In this document: piece by piece, positions 29,440 to 36,601 of the stretch
Position numbering within the stretch: position 1 is the stretch's first letter
Layout of the letters: each line of letters begins with the position of its first letter
Virus record (IMG/VR): IMGVR_UViG_3300027772_001925
Span: 1 to 41,831 of that record
Direction: 5' to 3' (one strand)
Origin: a virus
Taxonomy: Duplodnaviria > Caudoviricetes
Length of the DNA: 41,831 bases
Translations under genes and position numbers: made by a program
Notes under the pieces: generated by a model
The model's database searches: none
What the model was told of the DNA's origin: nothing
Seen by the model: only the letters and a program-made list of their open reading frames with translations

Positions 29440-30045
29440 TTAATGAGTAAAGTTAAACCACCCAGTTACAACATATTTTGTCTGAGTTGGGGATGTAATT
29501 CCGCGATGAGTAAATGTCCAGTCTGTGGGCCATATTAATGTTAGCCCTTTTTCTGGCTTAACTTTAAGTTTCTGATGCCAGAATTCAGTCTCACCAGAGT
29601 CAGTAACATCATTTAGGTAAGTCATAAATACAAGGTGTCTAGAAGCTAAAACAGGTGATGTACCGTTTGCTCTCTCAGTATGCCATGCATGATACCCTTG
29701 AGTAGGGTTATATCTCTGAATATTTACATATTGCCTAATATAAAAGGCTTCATATGCATTAGCTTTTGGATATTTTTCAATATATAAATTTACAACTTCT
29801 TGTAAGCTTTTTACATAATCATTATAAAGCAAGGTATTACCATCTAGTATGCAGTCAGTGGAATCTTTTATATCAGTATTAAGACTCTGCACGTCTTTGT
29901 TACCACTTACTATACCTTTATATGTTCCACCCTCTACTTTTTCCATTGTTTTATGGTAGTCTACTAGCCTGTCACATATAGTATGATCTTCTAAGTACCA
30001 TCCACCAATAAAATTATCTAATTCGTTAACTGTGTGTTGGCGCAT
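29440..30045 (-). CDS. 2OG-Fe(II) oxygenase
   Basis: IQRY, WHTE, FMTYLNDV..GETEF, WP.DWTFTHRG, KYVVTGW; true start may be slightly downstream. Confidence 0.9.
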   Translation of the reverse strand: MRQHTVNELDNFIGGWYLEDHTICDRLVDYHKTMEKVEGGTYKGIVSGNKDVQSLNTDIKDSTDCILDGNTLLYNDYVKSLQEVVNLYIEKYPKANAYEAFYIRQYVNIQRYNPTQGYHAWHTERANGTSPVLASRHLVFMTYLNDVTDSGETEFWHQKLKVKPEKGLTLIWPTDWTFTHRGITSPTQTKYVVTGWFNFTH

Positions 30046-30337
30046 CTTTGGACTTTTCTAACCTATTACTAAAGAATTCAAGTATAGTAGCGTCTGACTC
30101 TTCTAATGAGCATATCTCCATTAATCCTTCTAATAATGATAGGATGTTATGAATGGAGGCTTCCATACTTACGCCTTCTCGTGAAGGAACATATTCACCT
30201 TCATAACTAAGAAAGTATTTACGAAGGTGAACATACTGTACTCCCCTAAATTCATTAACAACTAATTTAAGTTGATACCCTTTAGGTTCGTTTTCATATA
30301 TTAGCTTTTCATAAAATTCTGGTTCGTGTTCTGTCAT
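30026..30337 (-). CDS. PC4/YdbC-like ssDNA-binding protein
   Basis: VNEFRGVQYVHLRKYF...PSREGVS. Confidence 0.85.
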   Translation of the reverse strand: MTEHEPEFYEKLIYENEPKGYQLKLVVNEFRGVQYVHLRKYFLSYEGEYVPSREGVSMEASIHNILSLLEGLMEICSLEESDATILEFFSNRLEKSKDAPTHS

Positions 30338-30960
30338 ATTCGTACCCCAAGTTTACGTAAATGTTCTAGACTTGCTAGTTCATATGCTTCTTGATAGGCT
30401 GACTGTAACCATTTCTCAGATAGAAGCCACACTCGATAAATAAATCCATATTTATCTGTATTTTGTTCAGTATCAATACGAGCTAAGCTATCATAGCGCG
30501 CAGAATACACTACTTCACCTACTTGAAAACGCTCACGCATAGCCCCCTCAGGGACTAACTCTGGGGTGAAATAGGTAGAACCAGGTATACGCATAGGAAC
30601 TGCGTTTACTTCCAATATATTTTTAACAAAACTAGAACTACGATATGTAATTTTAGATATTGCATCTATAGTTTCACCATTAAGATATTCACTTATAATA
30701 TATACTACATCTTCCTGTGTTGCTGGCTTACCACGCAAGGCTGCTCTACGCTCGGCATTACGGGCTTGCGTTTTCTTGAAGTCGTCAATAATGGTACCAA
30801 GACGCGTAGTATTATATGCCATGCCAAGAATTTGACAAGCATCTTTTTTAGTGATAGGTTTTACACCTTCTTCAGTAGGCTCAAGTAAGCGGATAACTCG
30901 CGTAATATTTGCTGCTGTCATCAATTCTTCTTCACTGGCCGATTTTTTGCGTGTTGCCAT
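30334..30960 (-). CDS. T5 D2-like DNA-binding protein
   Basis: TKKDACQILG, EYLNGE, FQVGEVV, YRVWLLSE, YELASLEHL; recalled similarity and synteny. Confidence 0.7.
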   Translation of the reverse strand: MATRKKSASEEELMTAANITRVIRLLEPTEEGVKPITKKDACQILGMAYNTTRLGTIIDDFKKTQARNAERRAALRGKPATQEDVVYIISEYLNGETIDAISKITYRSSSFVKNILEVNAVPMRIPGSTYFTPELVPEGAMRERFQVGEVVYSARYDSLARIDTEQNTDKYGFIYRVWLLSEKWLQSAYQEAYELASLEHLRKLGVRI

Positions 30961-30983
30961 ATAAGTTCTCCAAGTAAGTATAT

Positions 30984-31012
30984 ATTATACCAGTTTAGGG
31001 TCAAATTGTCAA
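30984..31012 (-). promoter_or_regulatory. Sigma70-type promoter TTGACA-N17-TATAAT
   Basis: Perfect consensus. Confidence 0.85.
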
Positions 31013-31017
31013 GTATA

Positions 31018-31152
31018 TTAAATTACTTCGTAGTCTTCTTTACCACAACCACACTCAGGGCAAAGAAAATCACTTGGTAATGATTCCCACGCACCTTCTA
31101 GTTCTTCATCATGGATATGTCCACAAACTACGCATACATATTCTGAAGTCAT
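31018..31152 (-). CDS. Rubredoxin, 44 aa (MTSEYVCVVCGHIHDEELEGAWESLPSDFLCPECGCGKEDYEVI)
   Basis: Read manually; CxxCG...LP.D..CPxCG..K; ATGA overlap with rubrerythrin stop. Confidence 0.9.
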   Translation of the reverse strand: MTSEYVCVVCGHIHDEELEGAWESLPSDFLCPECGCGKEDYEVI

Positions 31153-31598
31153 AGTGATTCCTTTATCTTTGTATACGCCTCTGCGTGGCGTTTTTCAATT
31201 TTGGTAAGAGCTGCAAATCTTTTTTCTGCTTTATTCAAGATCTGTGCAAACTGCTCTGCATGTTCTTTACTCTCTGTAATTTGTTCAATAGCAATACCTG
31301 CTGCAATAGTATTGCCGTCTTTAATAGCTTCTTTATGGAACTCTGGATACATTGTAGTGAACTCATATGTTTCACCCTTAATAGCCATCTCTAGACATTC
31401 TTTAGTATCTGGAGTACCAATAAGTAACTCTAAATGCCCCCAGGCATGTAGTAGTTCCTGGTCAGCAGTATGTTCAAAGTGTTCTGCAATTTCATCAAAC
31501 CCTTGCTCCCTTGCCATTTTAGCAAAGTAGCGATATTTTGTATGAGCCTGAGACTCCCCAGCAAATGCTGCTTCTAAATTTTTTATAGTAATATTCAT
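31149..31598 (-). CDS. Rubrerythrin-family di-iron protein (no fused rubredoxin domain)
   Basis: NLEAAFAGESQAHTKY, QELLHA, GETYEFTTMYPEF, ESKEHA, EKRHA. Confidence 0.92.
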   Translation of the reverse strand: MNITIKNLEAAFAGESQAHTKYRYFAKMAREQGFDEIAEHFEHTADQELLHAWGHLELLIGTPDTKECLEMAIKGETYEFTTMYPEFHKEAIKDGNTIAAGIAIEQITESKEHAEQFAQILNKAEKRFAALTKIEKRHAEAYTKIKESL

Positions 31599-31610
31599 GT
31601 TTTATAAATG

Positions 31611-31639
31611 AAAAAGGCAGCACAAGGCTGCCTGTTTTT
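31611..31639. terminator. Rho-independent terminator
   Basis: aggcagc / gctgcct stem with flanking A and T tracts. Confidence 0.75.
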
Positions 31640-31994
31640 AACCAGCAATAACTTTGGTAAAATATGCTGCTGCTTTTCCAGTTAGTTTACTGAGAATTTC
31701 GTCATCAATCTCACCACCTTTGGTCTCAATTGCTGAACGAAGTTCAGCGATTTGTGACTCTTTACTAACCCTTGTAGCTCCAGTAGATTTTGCAGTCCCT
31801 GACTTACCACTAGAAGTACTTGCTTCTTTTTTAACATAAACCCCTGCTTGAACTAGAACCATACGAACGCCATTTGCGCTTTGTTCCATCTCTTCAGCAA
31901 TCTCTTTAATCAATTCCGTAGAATTTTCTGGAGTAGGGTTACCTGCTTTATATGCTTCGATAACTGATTGTTTATCTTCTTCTGTCCATGCCAT
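31638..31994 (-). CDS. T5 D3-like DNA-binding protein
   Basis: NGVRMVLVQAGVYVKK, RVSK, ILSKLTGKAA. Confidence 0.8.
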   Translation of the reverse strand: MAWTEEDKQSVIEAYKAGNPTPENSTELIKEIAEEMEQSANGVRMVLVQAGVYVKKEASTSSGKSGTAKSTGATRVSKESQIAELRSAIETKGGEIDDEILSKLTGKAAAYFTKVIAG

Positions 31995-32006
31995 TTTTAA
32001 TTTTCC

Positions 32007-32288
32007 TTAATGAATTTGTTGTCTGTTAATATTTTGAGGGCTACTATTAGATTGAATTAAACCTTCAACTAATAGTTTTTCATACATAGCTATATAGCAA
32101 TTTGCTATATCATACAATGTTTCTGTTGGTACTGTTGAAATTAATACTTCATTTTCTTCCAAAATTTTTTCAGAGTTTGATATAGACTCCTCAATAGCGC
32201 TTTGGTATTGTACACATAATTGTAAACTATCATGTAGTAGTTTGCTATCCCAAATTCTAAATTTTCTAGGATTATTCTTTTGTTCCAT
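32007..32288 (-). CDS. Hypothetical protein (MEQKNNPRK...)
   Basis: Start reassigned downstream of tRNA-Thr. Confidence 0.55.
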   Translation of the reverse strand: MEQKNNPRKFRIWDSKLLHDSLQLCVQYQSAIEESISNSEKILEENEVLISTVPTETLYDIANCYIAMYEKLLVEGLIQSNSSPQNINRQQIH

Positions 32289-32302
32289 AATTACTACATA
32301 AC

Positions 32303-32377
32303 TGGTGCCGACTATCGGATTCGAACTGATGACCTGCCGCTTACAAGGCGGCTGCACTACCCCTGTGCTAAGTCGGC
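32303..32377 (-). tRNA. tRNA-Thr(UGU)
   Basis: Cloverleaf, anticodon loop CTTGTAA, CCA encoded. Confidence 0.95.
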
Positions 32378-32379
32378 TT

Positions 32380-32658
32380 TTATTTAAACGATGGTTCGAT
32401 CACTATATTGGTCATTTTATCAGGAGCAAAACGACGATAGTTATGATTGAGATCGAATTCATCTTTGATTTGAGTAATTTTGTTTAAATACTCTGTATAA
32501 GCTGCATCCATGTCTTCTGCAAACATAGCCATTTCCATTGGCTCAAGGCTAGTCATATCAATACCTTCATACATAGTATTTGGTGATACTGTTACCGCAA
32601 GTACTCGATATGAGCTAGTTCCGTCTGATTTTGTATATTTAAATGATATTGTTTTCAT
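32380..32658 (-). CDS. Hypothetical protein (FKYTKSDG..S.R, WYL/SH3-like pattern)
   Basis: Own promoter upstream. Confidence 0.65.
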   Translation of the reverse strand: MKTISFKYTKSDGTSSYRVLAVTVSPNTMYEGIDMTSLEPMEMAMFAEDMDAAYTEYLNKITQIKDEFDLNHNYRRFAPDKMTNIVIEPSFK

Positions 32659-32686
32659 GATCTGTTGATTGGCTGTTTAAGTATAT

Positions 32687-32715
32687 ATTATACACAATTA
32701 AGCAGATGAGTGCAA
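32687..32715 (-). promoter_or_regulatory. Sigma70-type promoter TTGCAC-N17-TATAAT
   Basis: Consensus spacing. Confidence 0.7.
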
Positions 32716-32726
32716 CTGCAAAATTT

Positions 32727-32984
32727 TTATTCTTCTGGGAAGAGTCCCTTTTGCAGAGAACTTTTAAACCTACTACTCCACGAGGGAATTATACAGCTAA
32801 AAAATACAAAAGGGGCGAAAACAGCAGTTATAGTTAGAAACACAATATATATTGTTAATTTCGAACTAACTGGGCCGCTCTCGTTAGCTTGTTTGTATAT
32901 TACTGGACTTAGTAGTTCTATTGTTGCTGTAATTGCTGTTGTTAGACAAAAGATTATATACCAATCTATAAAACTCATTATCAA
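32727..32984 (-). CDS. Small two-TM membrane protein
   Basis: Two hydrophobic segments. Confidence 0.65.
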   Translation of the reverse strand: MIMSFIDWYIIFCLTTAITATIELLSPVIYKQANESGPVSSKLTIYIVFLTITAVFAPFVFFSCIIPSWSSRFKSSLQKGLFPEE

Positions 32985-33355
32985 CTACCGCCCTGAATGC
33001 GAGCAGCAATTGAGAAAAAGTTTTTATCGGATGATATTGCCATAGACTTTGTTGGCTGACTAACTTTACCAGGTTTTTGCATAGCAGCCGCTGCTACTGT
33101 TGGATTTGAACTCATGATATCACGATCAAACCTACCTCTAAATAATTTAAAAAGCTGAGCAATACGACGCCAACTATGTGACCACTCTCGTGCATTAGGA
33201 GTTTTACGACGACGATGAATGTTTTGCAAAGCTAATTCAACTTGTTTATTGTTTGGCTGTAGTTTTAGTTGTTTTTCCAACTTTCGTTTGCGATTAACTT
33301 CCCATCGATTTGATTTACCTGATGGAGCCGTCACCGCTTTATTCTTAGTTGCCAC
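32981..33355 (-). CDS. Basic hypothetical protein
   Basis: GTG start with aagga RBS. Confidence 0.7.
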   Translation of the reverse strand: MATKNKAVTAPSGKSNRWEVNRKRKLEKQLKLQPNNKQVELALQNIHRRRKTPNAREWSHSWRRIAQLFKLFRGRFDRDIMSSNPTVAAAAMQKPGKVSQPTKSMAISSDKNFFSIAARIQGGS

Positions 33356-33391
33356 TTGTAGTATCCTTGTTGAATTTCACGATTTATTAAA

Positions 33392-33470
<79 letters not shown>

Positions 33471-33475
33471 TTATA

Positions 33476-33560
33476 TGGTACGAGTGGCCGGAATCGAACC
33501 GGCACGCCTTGCGGCGAGAGATTTTAAGTCTCTTGTGTCTACCTATTTCACCACACTCGC
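33476..33560 (-). tRNA. tRNA-Leu(UAA)
   Basis: Loop CTTAAAA, long variable arm, CCA. Confidence 0.95.
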
Positions 33561-33598
33561 ATAGTTATAAATTATTTTAGTAATTTGTAACATAAATA

Positions 33599-33627
33599 AT
33601 TATATCAAAATATACATAAGAGTTCAA
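33599..33627 (-). promoter_or_regulatory. Sigma70-type promoter TTGAAC-N17-TATAAT
   Basis: Upstream of tRNA-Leu. Confidence 0.7.
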
Positions 33628-33657
33628 GTTAATATTTAAACTCCATAAATTTAAACT

Positions 33658-33691
33658 AAAAAGAGGACTAGCTGTTACACTAATCCTCTTT
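33658..33691 (-). terminator. Rho-independent terminator after hsp20
   Basis: aaagagga / tcctcttt stem with U tract. Confidence 0.7.
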
Positions 33692-33696
33692 ATGGT

Positions 33697-34116
33697 TTAC
33701 ATTATTTCAATACTACGAGGCTTTCTGGCCTCAGGTAAAACTCTTTCAAGTTCTATAATAAGTAGTCCGTCTTCCATTGAAGCGGATCTTACAACCACAT
33801 GTTCAGCAATAGTAAAGTGATGATTAAAACTTCTAGCACTTAATCCATGATGTAAATACTGATGTTTATCTTCTTCTTTTTGTTTTGTACCTTTTACTAC
33901 TAACTTATCTTTATCTAATTGTACTGTAATTTCTTTTTTTCTAAAACCTGCTACTGCAACTTCAATAACATAGTGGTATTCGTCTGTTTTAATTACATTG
34001 TATGGTGGATAGTTTGTAGCTGTACGAAACTCTAGTGTATTGAATAGATCATCAAATCCAATCAAAGCACGATTTAGCGGTCCAAAATTAATATTACCAA
34101 GTCTAAGTTCTGTCAT
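33697..34116 (-). CDS. hsp20: Small heat-shock protein (Hsp20/IbpA-like)
   Basis: IGFDDLF, NYPPYNV, IEVAVAGF, YLHHGLSARSF, DGLLIIEL, PRSIEI; start reassigned to ATG after AGGAGA. Confidence 0.95.
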   Translation of the reverse strand: MTELRLGNINFGPLNRALIGFDDLFNTLEFRTATNYPPYNVIKTDEYHYVIEVAVAGFRKKEITVQLDKDKLVVKGTKQKEEDKHQYLHHGLSARSFNHHFTIAEHVVVRSASMEDGLLIIELERVLPEARKPRSIEIM

Positions 34117-34186
34117 ATTTTCTCCTTTTATAAGCAAGAACATTTGGGCAATCTGCCCAGGTGCAATCCCAGAATGGGCATTGCAA
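34114..34186 (-). promoter_or_regulatory. ROSE-like RNA thermometer in the hsp20 5' UTR
   Basis: Two upstream hairpins plus UUCUUGCUU pairing with the AAGGAGAA SD with a bulged G (U-U/C-GCU hallmark). Confidence 0.75.
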
Positions 34187-34192
34187 AAATTG

Positions 34193-34267
34193 TGGCGGTA
34201 CCAGGGGGTAACGATCCCCCTCCTCAGCAGTGACAGTGCTGTGTGCGTCCATGAACACCTTGGAACC
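34193..34267 (-). tRNA. tRNA-Asp(GUC), non-canonical (A8, U14, T-loop AUCGUUA)
   Basis: CAGCA-CTGTCAC-TGCTG; G73; CCA. Confidence 0.88.
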
Positions 34268-34276
34268 TAAATTGAA

Positions 34277-34493
34277 TTTGTAAGTTGTTCCACCCACTTA
34301 TTGGAACCATTAGCCTGATTATACTAGTCCGGACAGGAACTTGGTACGCTACTTGGGATACTAGTCCAGCGTATAGACCTTTCTACCTCGGACACTACGT
34401 GCCCGGGCGGGGATCGAACCCGTTTGCCTTCTACTATAAAGTACCTTCGAAGAATACAGTATAGCGTGATTTTTTCTTGCTAGCACTTACAAA
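34277..34493 (-). ncRNA. Unassigned ~217-nt structured RNA with an internal T-arm mimic
   Basis: 9-bp terminal IR, several hairpins, CGGG-TTCGATC-CCCG, duplicated GGACTAGTAT. Confidence 0.6.
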
Positions 34494-34496
34494 AGT

Positions 34497-34574
34497 TGGA
34501 ATAGCGGGTGAGATTTGAACTCACGGTTTTCAGGATTTGCAATCCCGTGCATTGGGCCACTCTGCCACCGCTAT
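34497..34574 (-). tRNA. tRNA-Cys(GCA)
   Basis: Loop TTGCAAA, U73, CCA. Confidence 0.93.
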
Positions 34575-34579
34575 ATATA

Positions 34580-34655
34580 TGGTACCAGGAGACGGGATCG
34601 AACCGCCCACGCACAGATTTTCAGTCTGTCGCTCTACCAACTGAGCTATCCTGGC
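34580..34655 (-). tRNA. tRNA-Phe(GAA)
   Basis: Loop CTGAAAA, CCA. Confidence 0.95.
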
Positions 34656-34656
34656 A

Positions 34657-34731
34657 TGGTACATCCTGACGGGATCGAACCGCCGACCCTCTCCGTGTAA
34701 AGGAGACGCTCTACCGCTGAGCTAAGGATGC
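34657..34731 (-). tRNA. tRNA-Val(UAC)
   Basis: Loop TTTACAC, CCA. Confidence 0.95.
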
Positions 34732-34747
34732 TTATCCAACTGTAACC

Positions 34748-34939
34748 TTACGCTAAACCGTTGGCGTTTTCGCAGCCTTTTTTAGAGTCACATAGGAACT
34801 GACTAATTCTATTTAATACTGCCTGCTTCTCTTGATCTGTAAGATCAGACCAAACAGTTATTTCTTCGACAGATCTGTTGCACCCTATACAAACTTTGTC
34901 TTTTAAGGTACATATGGAAATGCATGGTGATTTTACCAT
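34748..34939 (-). CDS. DUF1289-family small Cys-rich protein
   Basis: SPCISIC....VCIGCNRS.EEI..W; start reassigned outside tRNA-Gly. Confidence 0.85.
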   Translation of the reverse strand: MVKSPCISICTLKDKVCIGCNRSVEEITVWSDLTDQEKQAVLNRISQFLCDSKKGCENANGLA

Positions 34940-34944
34940 AATAG

Positions 34945-35018
34945 TGGAGCGGGGTGCGGGAATCGAACCCGCAACTCTAACTTGGAAGGATAGCATTTTA
35001 CCACTAAACTAACCCCGC
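34945..35018 (-). tRNA. tRNA-Gly(UCC)
   Basis: Loop CTTCCAA, U73, CCA. Confidence 0.93.
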
Positions 35019-35182
35019 ATACTTTATTTTAATGAATTTAAATATTCTTTACAAGCAGCAACCCAAGCTATTACTGTTATATTATCTGTAACATTACCAT
35101 AGTTACTAATTACCCAGTTACAAGTATCTTCATTTTTGGCATGATAGCCACATAGTATATTCATATATTTTTACATAATAGG

Positions 35183-35258
35183 TGGTGCGGGCTACAGGGT
35201 TCGAACCTGCGACCTGTTCGTTGGCAACGAACTGCTCTACCAACTGAGCTAAGCACGC
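35183..35258 (-). tRNA. tRNA-Gly(GCC), atypical A73
   Basis: Loop TTGCCAA, CCA. Confidence 0.9.
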
Positions 35259-35270
35259 AATTAATTTTAA

Positions 35271-35347
35271 TGGCCCGTCCTGAAGAATTCGAATCTCCAA
35301 CCTCTAAGTTCGTAGCCTAGTGCACTATCCAGTTGTGCTAAAGACGG
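35271..35347 (-). tRNA. tRNA-Arg(ACG)
   Basis: Loop CTACGAA, CCA. Confidence 0.93.
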
Positions 35348-35359
35348 GTAAAATATTTA

Positions 35360-35433
35360 GGGGTGACCGATGGGAGTCGAACCCATACTAAGAGAATCAC
35401 AATCTCGGGTGCTAGCCGCTACACTACGGCCAC
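35360..35433 (-). tRNA. tRNA-His(GUG), no encoded G-1 or complete CCA
   Basis: Loop TTGTGAT, C73, followed by CCT; A at position -1. Confidence 0.88.
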
Positions 35434-35445
35434 TCCTAAATACTC

Positions 35446-35519
35446 TGGCAGAGGGTACAAGAATCGAACTTGTGACAGCGGAATCAAAATCCGCGGTTAT
35501 ACCATTTAACTAACCCCCA
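35446..35519 (-). tRNA. tRNA-Gln(UUG)
   Basis: Loop TTTTGAT, G73, CCA. Confidence 0.93.
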
Positions 35520-35748
35520 ACTTATTATAAGGCGAATCTGGTAGTTCATCAATACTACACTCAGAGTAACCGCCATCACCAGAGTTAGTATTTGCTCCAG
35601 CAATAATTTGTTGTAATTGTTCTTGCGTAAGAGCGCCCTCATCCGCCTCATATTTAGGCTGTACATCTCTACCAAAAATAGCATCCCATCGAGTTGCATA
35701 CTCATGATTAGTAACGCTAAAAGGTCTTGGAGTTGAACCTTTGCTCAT
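35506..35748 (-). CDS. Hypothetical protein (MSKGSTPRPFSV...WDAIF); stop codon inside tRNA-Gln
   Basis: RBS aaggaa; 14-nt overlap with the tRNA 5' end. Confidence 0.65.
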   Translation of the reverse strand: MSKGSTPRPFSVTNHEYATRWDAIFGRDVQPKYEADEGALTQEQLQQIIAGANTNSGDGGYSECSIDELPDSPYNKLGVS

Positions 35749-35761
35749 TATACTTTCCTTA

Positions 35762-35892
35762 ATTATATAGAAACACTCTGTTAGTGCTTGAATCTAAGGT
35801 AGCCCTGCTCTTCATGGCACTTCTTACTTTACTGCAGGTTTAGTAAGTTTAGTGTTGTTCCACTGTAGCTACTCAGAATGTTTTTATATAAT
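35762..35892 (-). ncRNA. Unassigned ~130-nt structured RNA, possibly pseudoknotted
   Basis: 19-bp terminal stem (one G-U, one mismatch); internal hairpins and crossing complementarities. Confidence 0.6.
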
Positions 35893-35965
35893 GGTAGGAC
35901 TGAAGGGTAACGATCCCTTTTCTACGGATTAAAAGTCCGTTGCTTCACCTTAAAGCTTCAATCCC
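35892..35965 (-). tRNA. tRNA-Lys(UUU), non-canonical (A8, U14, T-loop AUCGUUA)
   Basis: ACGGA-CTTTTAA-TCCGT; CCA. Confidence 0.88.
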
Positions 35966-36077
35966 ATAGTCGCTTCCATTCGCCACGAAGCTGTTTGTGG
36001 CTTTTCTGATGTAACCCACTACCGTTGCGCTTTATGAGTGCTAAGATAATGTGATTTCTAGGTTTTCGTGTTTTCAT
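35958..36077 (-). CDS. Small basic protein, 39 aa (MKTRKPRNHIILALIKRNGSGLHQKSHKQLRGEWKRLWD); stop inside tRNA-Lys
   Basis: Read manually; overlaps the upstream gene end. Confidence 0.55.
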   Translation of the reverse strand: MKTRKPRNHIILALIKRNGSGLHQKSHKQLRGEWKRLWD

Positions 36078-36345
36078 AAATTGTTGACCACTGGTTAAGT
36101 TTTTCTACTTTAGCATGGGCAGCTGCCTCAATACTTTTTTCATCTACTAGTTTTGCATCTACCATGATATTAATCATGGCTACTAAATCTCCTAGTTCTT
36201 CTTCTAGGTGTTCCCTATTAGTTTTAGGTTTGCCTGGCTTAAAATTATCTAAGCCAAATCTATTTACTTTACTAACTGCTTGAATAACTTCTGCACATTC
36301 TTCTTGCAGAATACCCATAATTTCTTTTAGCTGATTCTCTGTCAT
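36058..36345 (-). CDS. MazG-like NTP pyrophosphohydrolase
   Basis: LQEECAEVIQA.SK..RFG, LEEELGDL. Confidence 0.85.
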   Translation of the reverse strand: MTENQLKEIMGILQEECAEVIQAVSKVNRFGLDNFKPGKPKTNREHLEEELGDLVAMINIMVDAKLVDEKSIEAAAHAKVEKLNQWSTIYENTKT

Positions 36346-36599
36346 TAAAACGGTACATCCTCAAAAGGTTTAACTTCTTCTTCATAGTGATACTGTATAG
36401 CCCAAAAAGTTTTTAGTGCTTCACATTCTGCTATGACCTTAGGTTCAAACATATTTTTATTGTTATTGTGTAAGAATATAATATAATTATAATCCATTTG
36501 AACTATAGAGTCAACTCTGCAATTTTGATACTTTCCAAACTGAAAGAAATCAAGCATACCCAAACGGGTAGATTTTAATGATTGAAATGTTTTTGCCAT
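36345..36599 (-). CDS. Small protein with FGKY motif (ExoX C-terminal/DUF3820-like)
   Basis: FQFGKYQN..V..I...DYNYI; start reassigned outside the tRNA. Confidence 0.6.
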   Translation of the reverse strand: MAKTFQSLKSTRLGMLDFFQFGKYQNCRVDSIVQMDYNYIIFLHNNNKNMFEPKVIAECEALKTFWAIQYHYEEEVKPFEDVPF

Positions 36600-36601
36600 T
36601 G

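Noticed and set aside
35762-35892. Theta/HDV-like or hammerhead ribozyme assignment for tRNA-adjacent elements
   Set aside because: Could not fit the HDV nested pseudoknot or the CUGAUGA/GAAA core by eye; left unassigned
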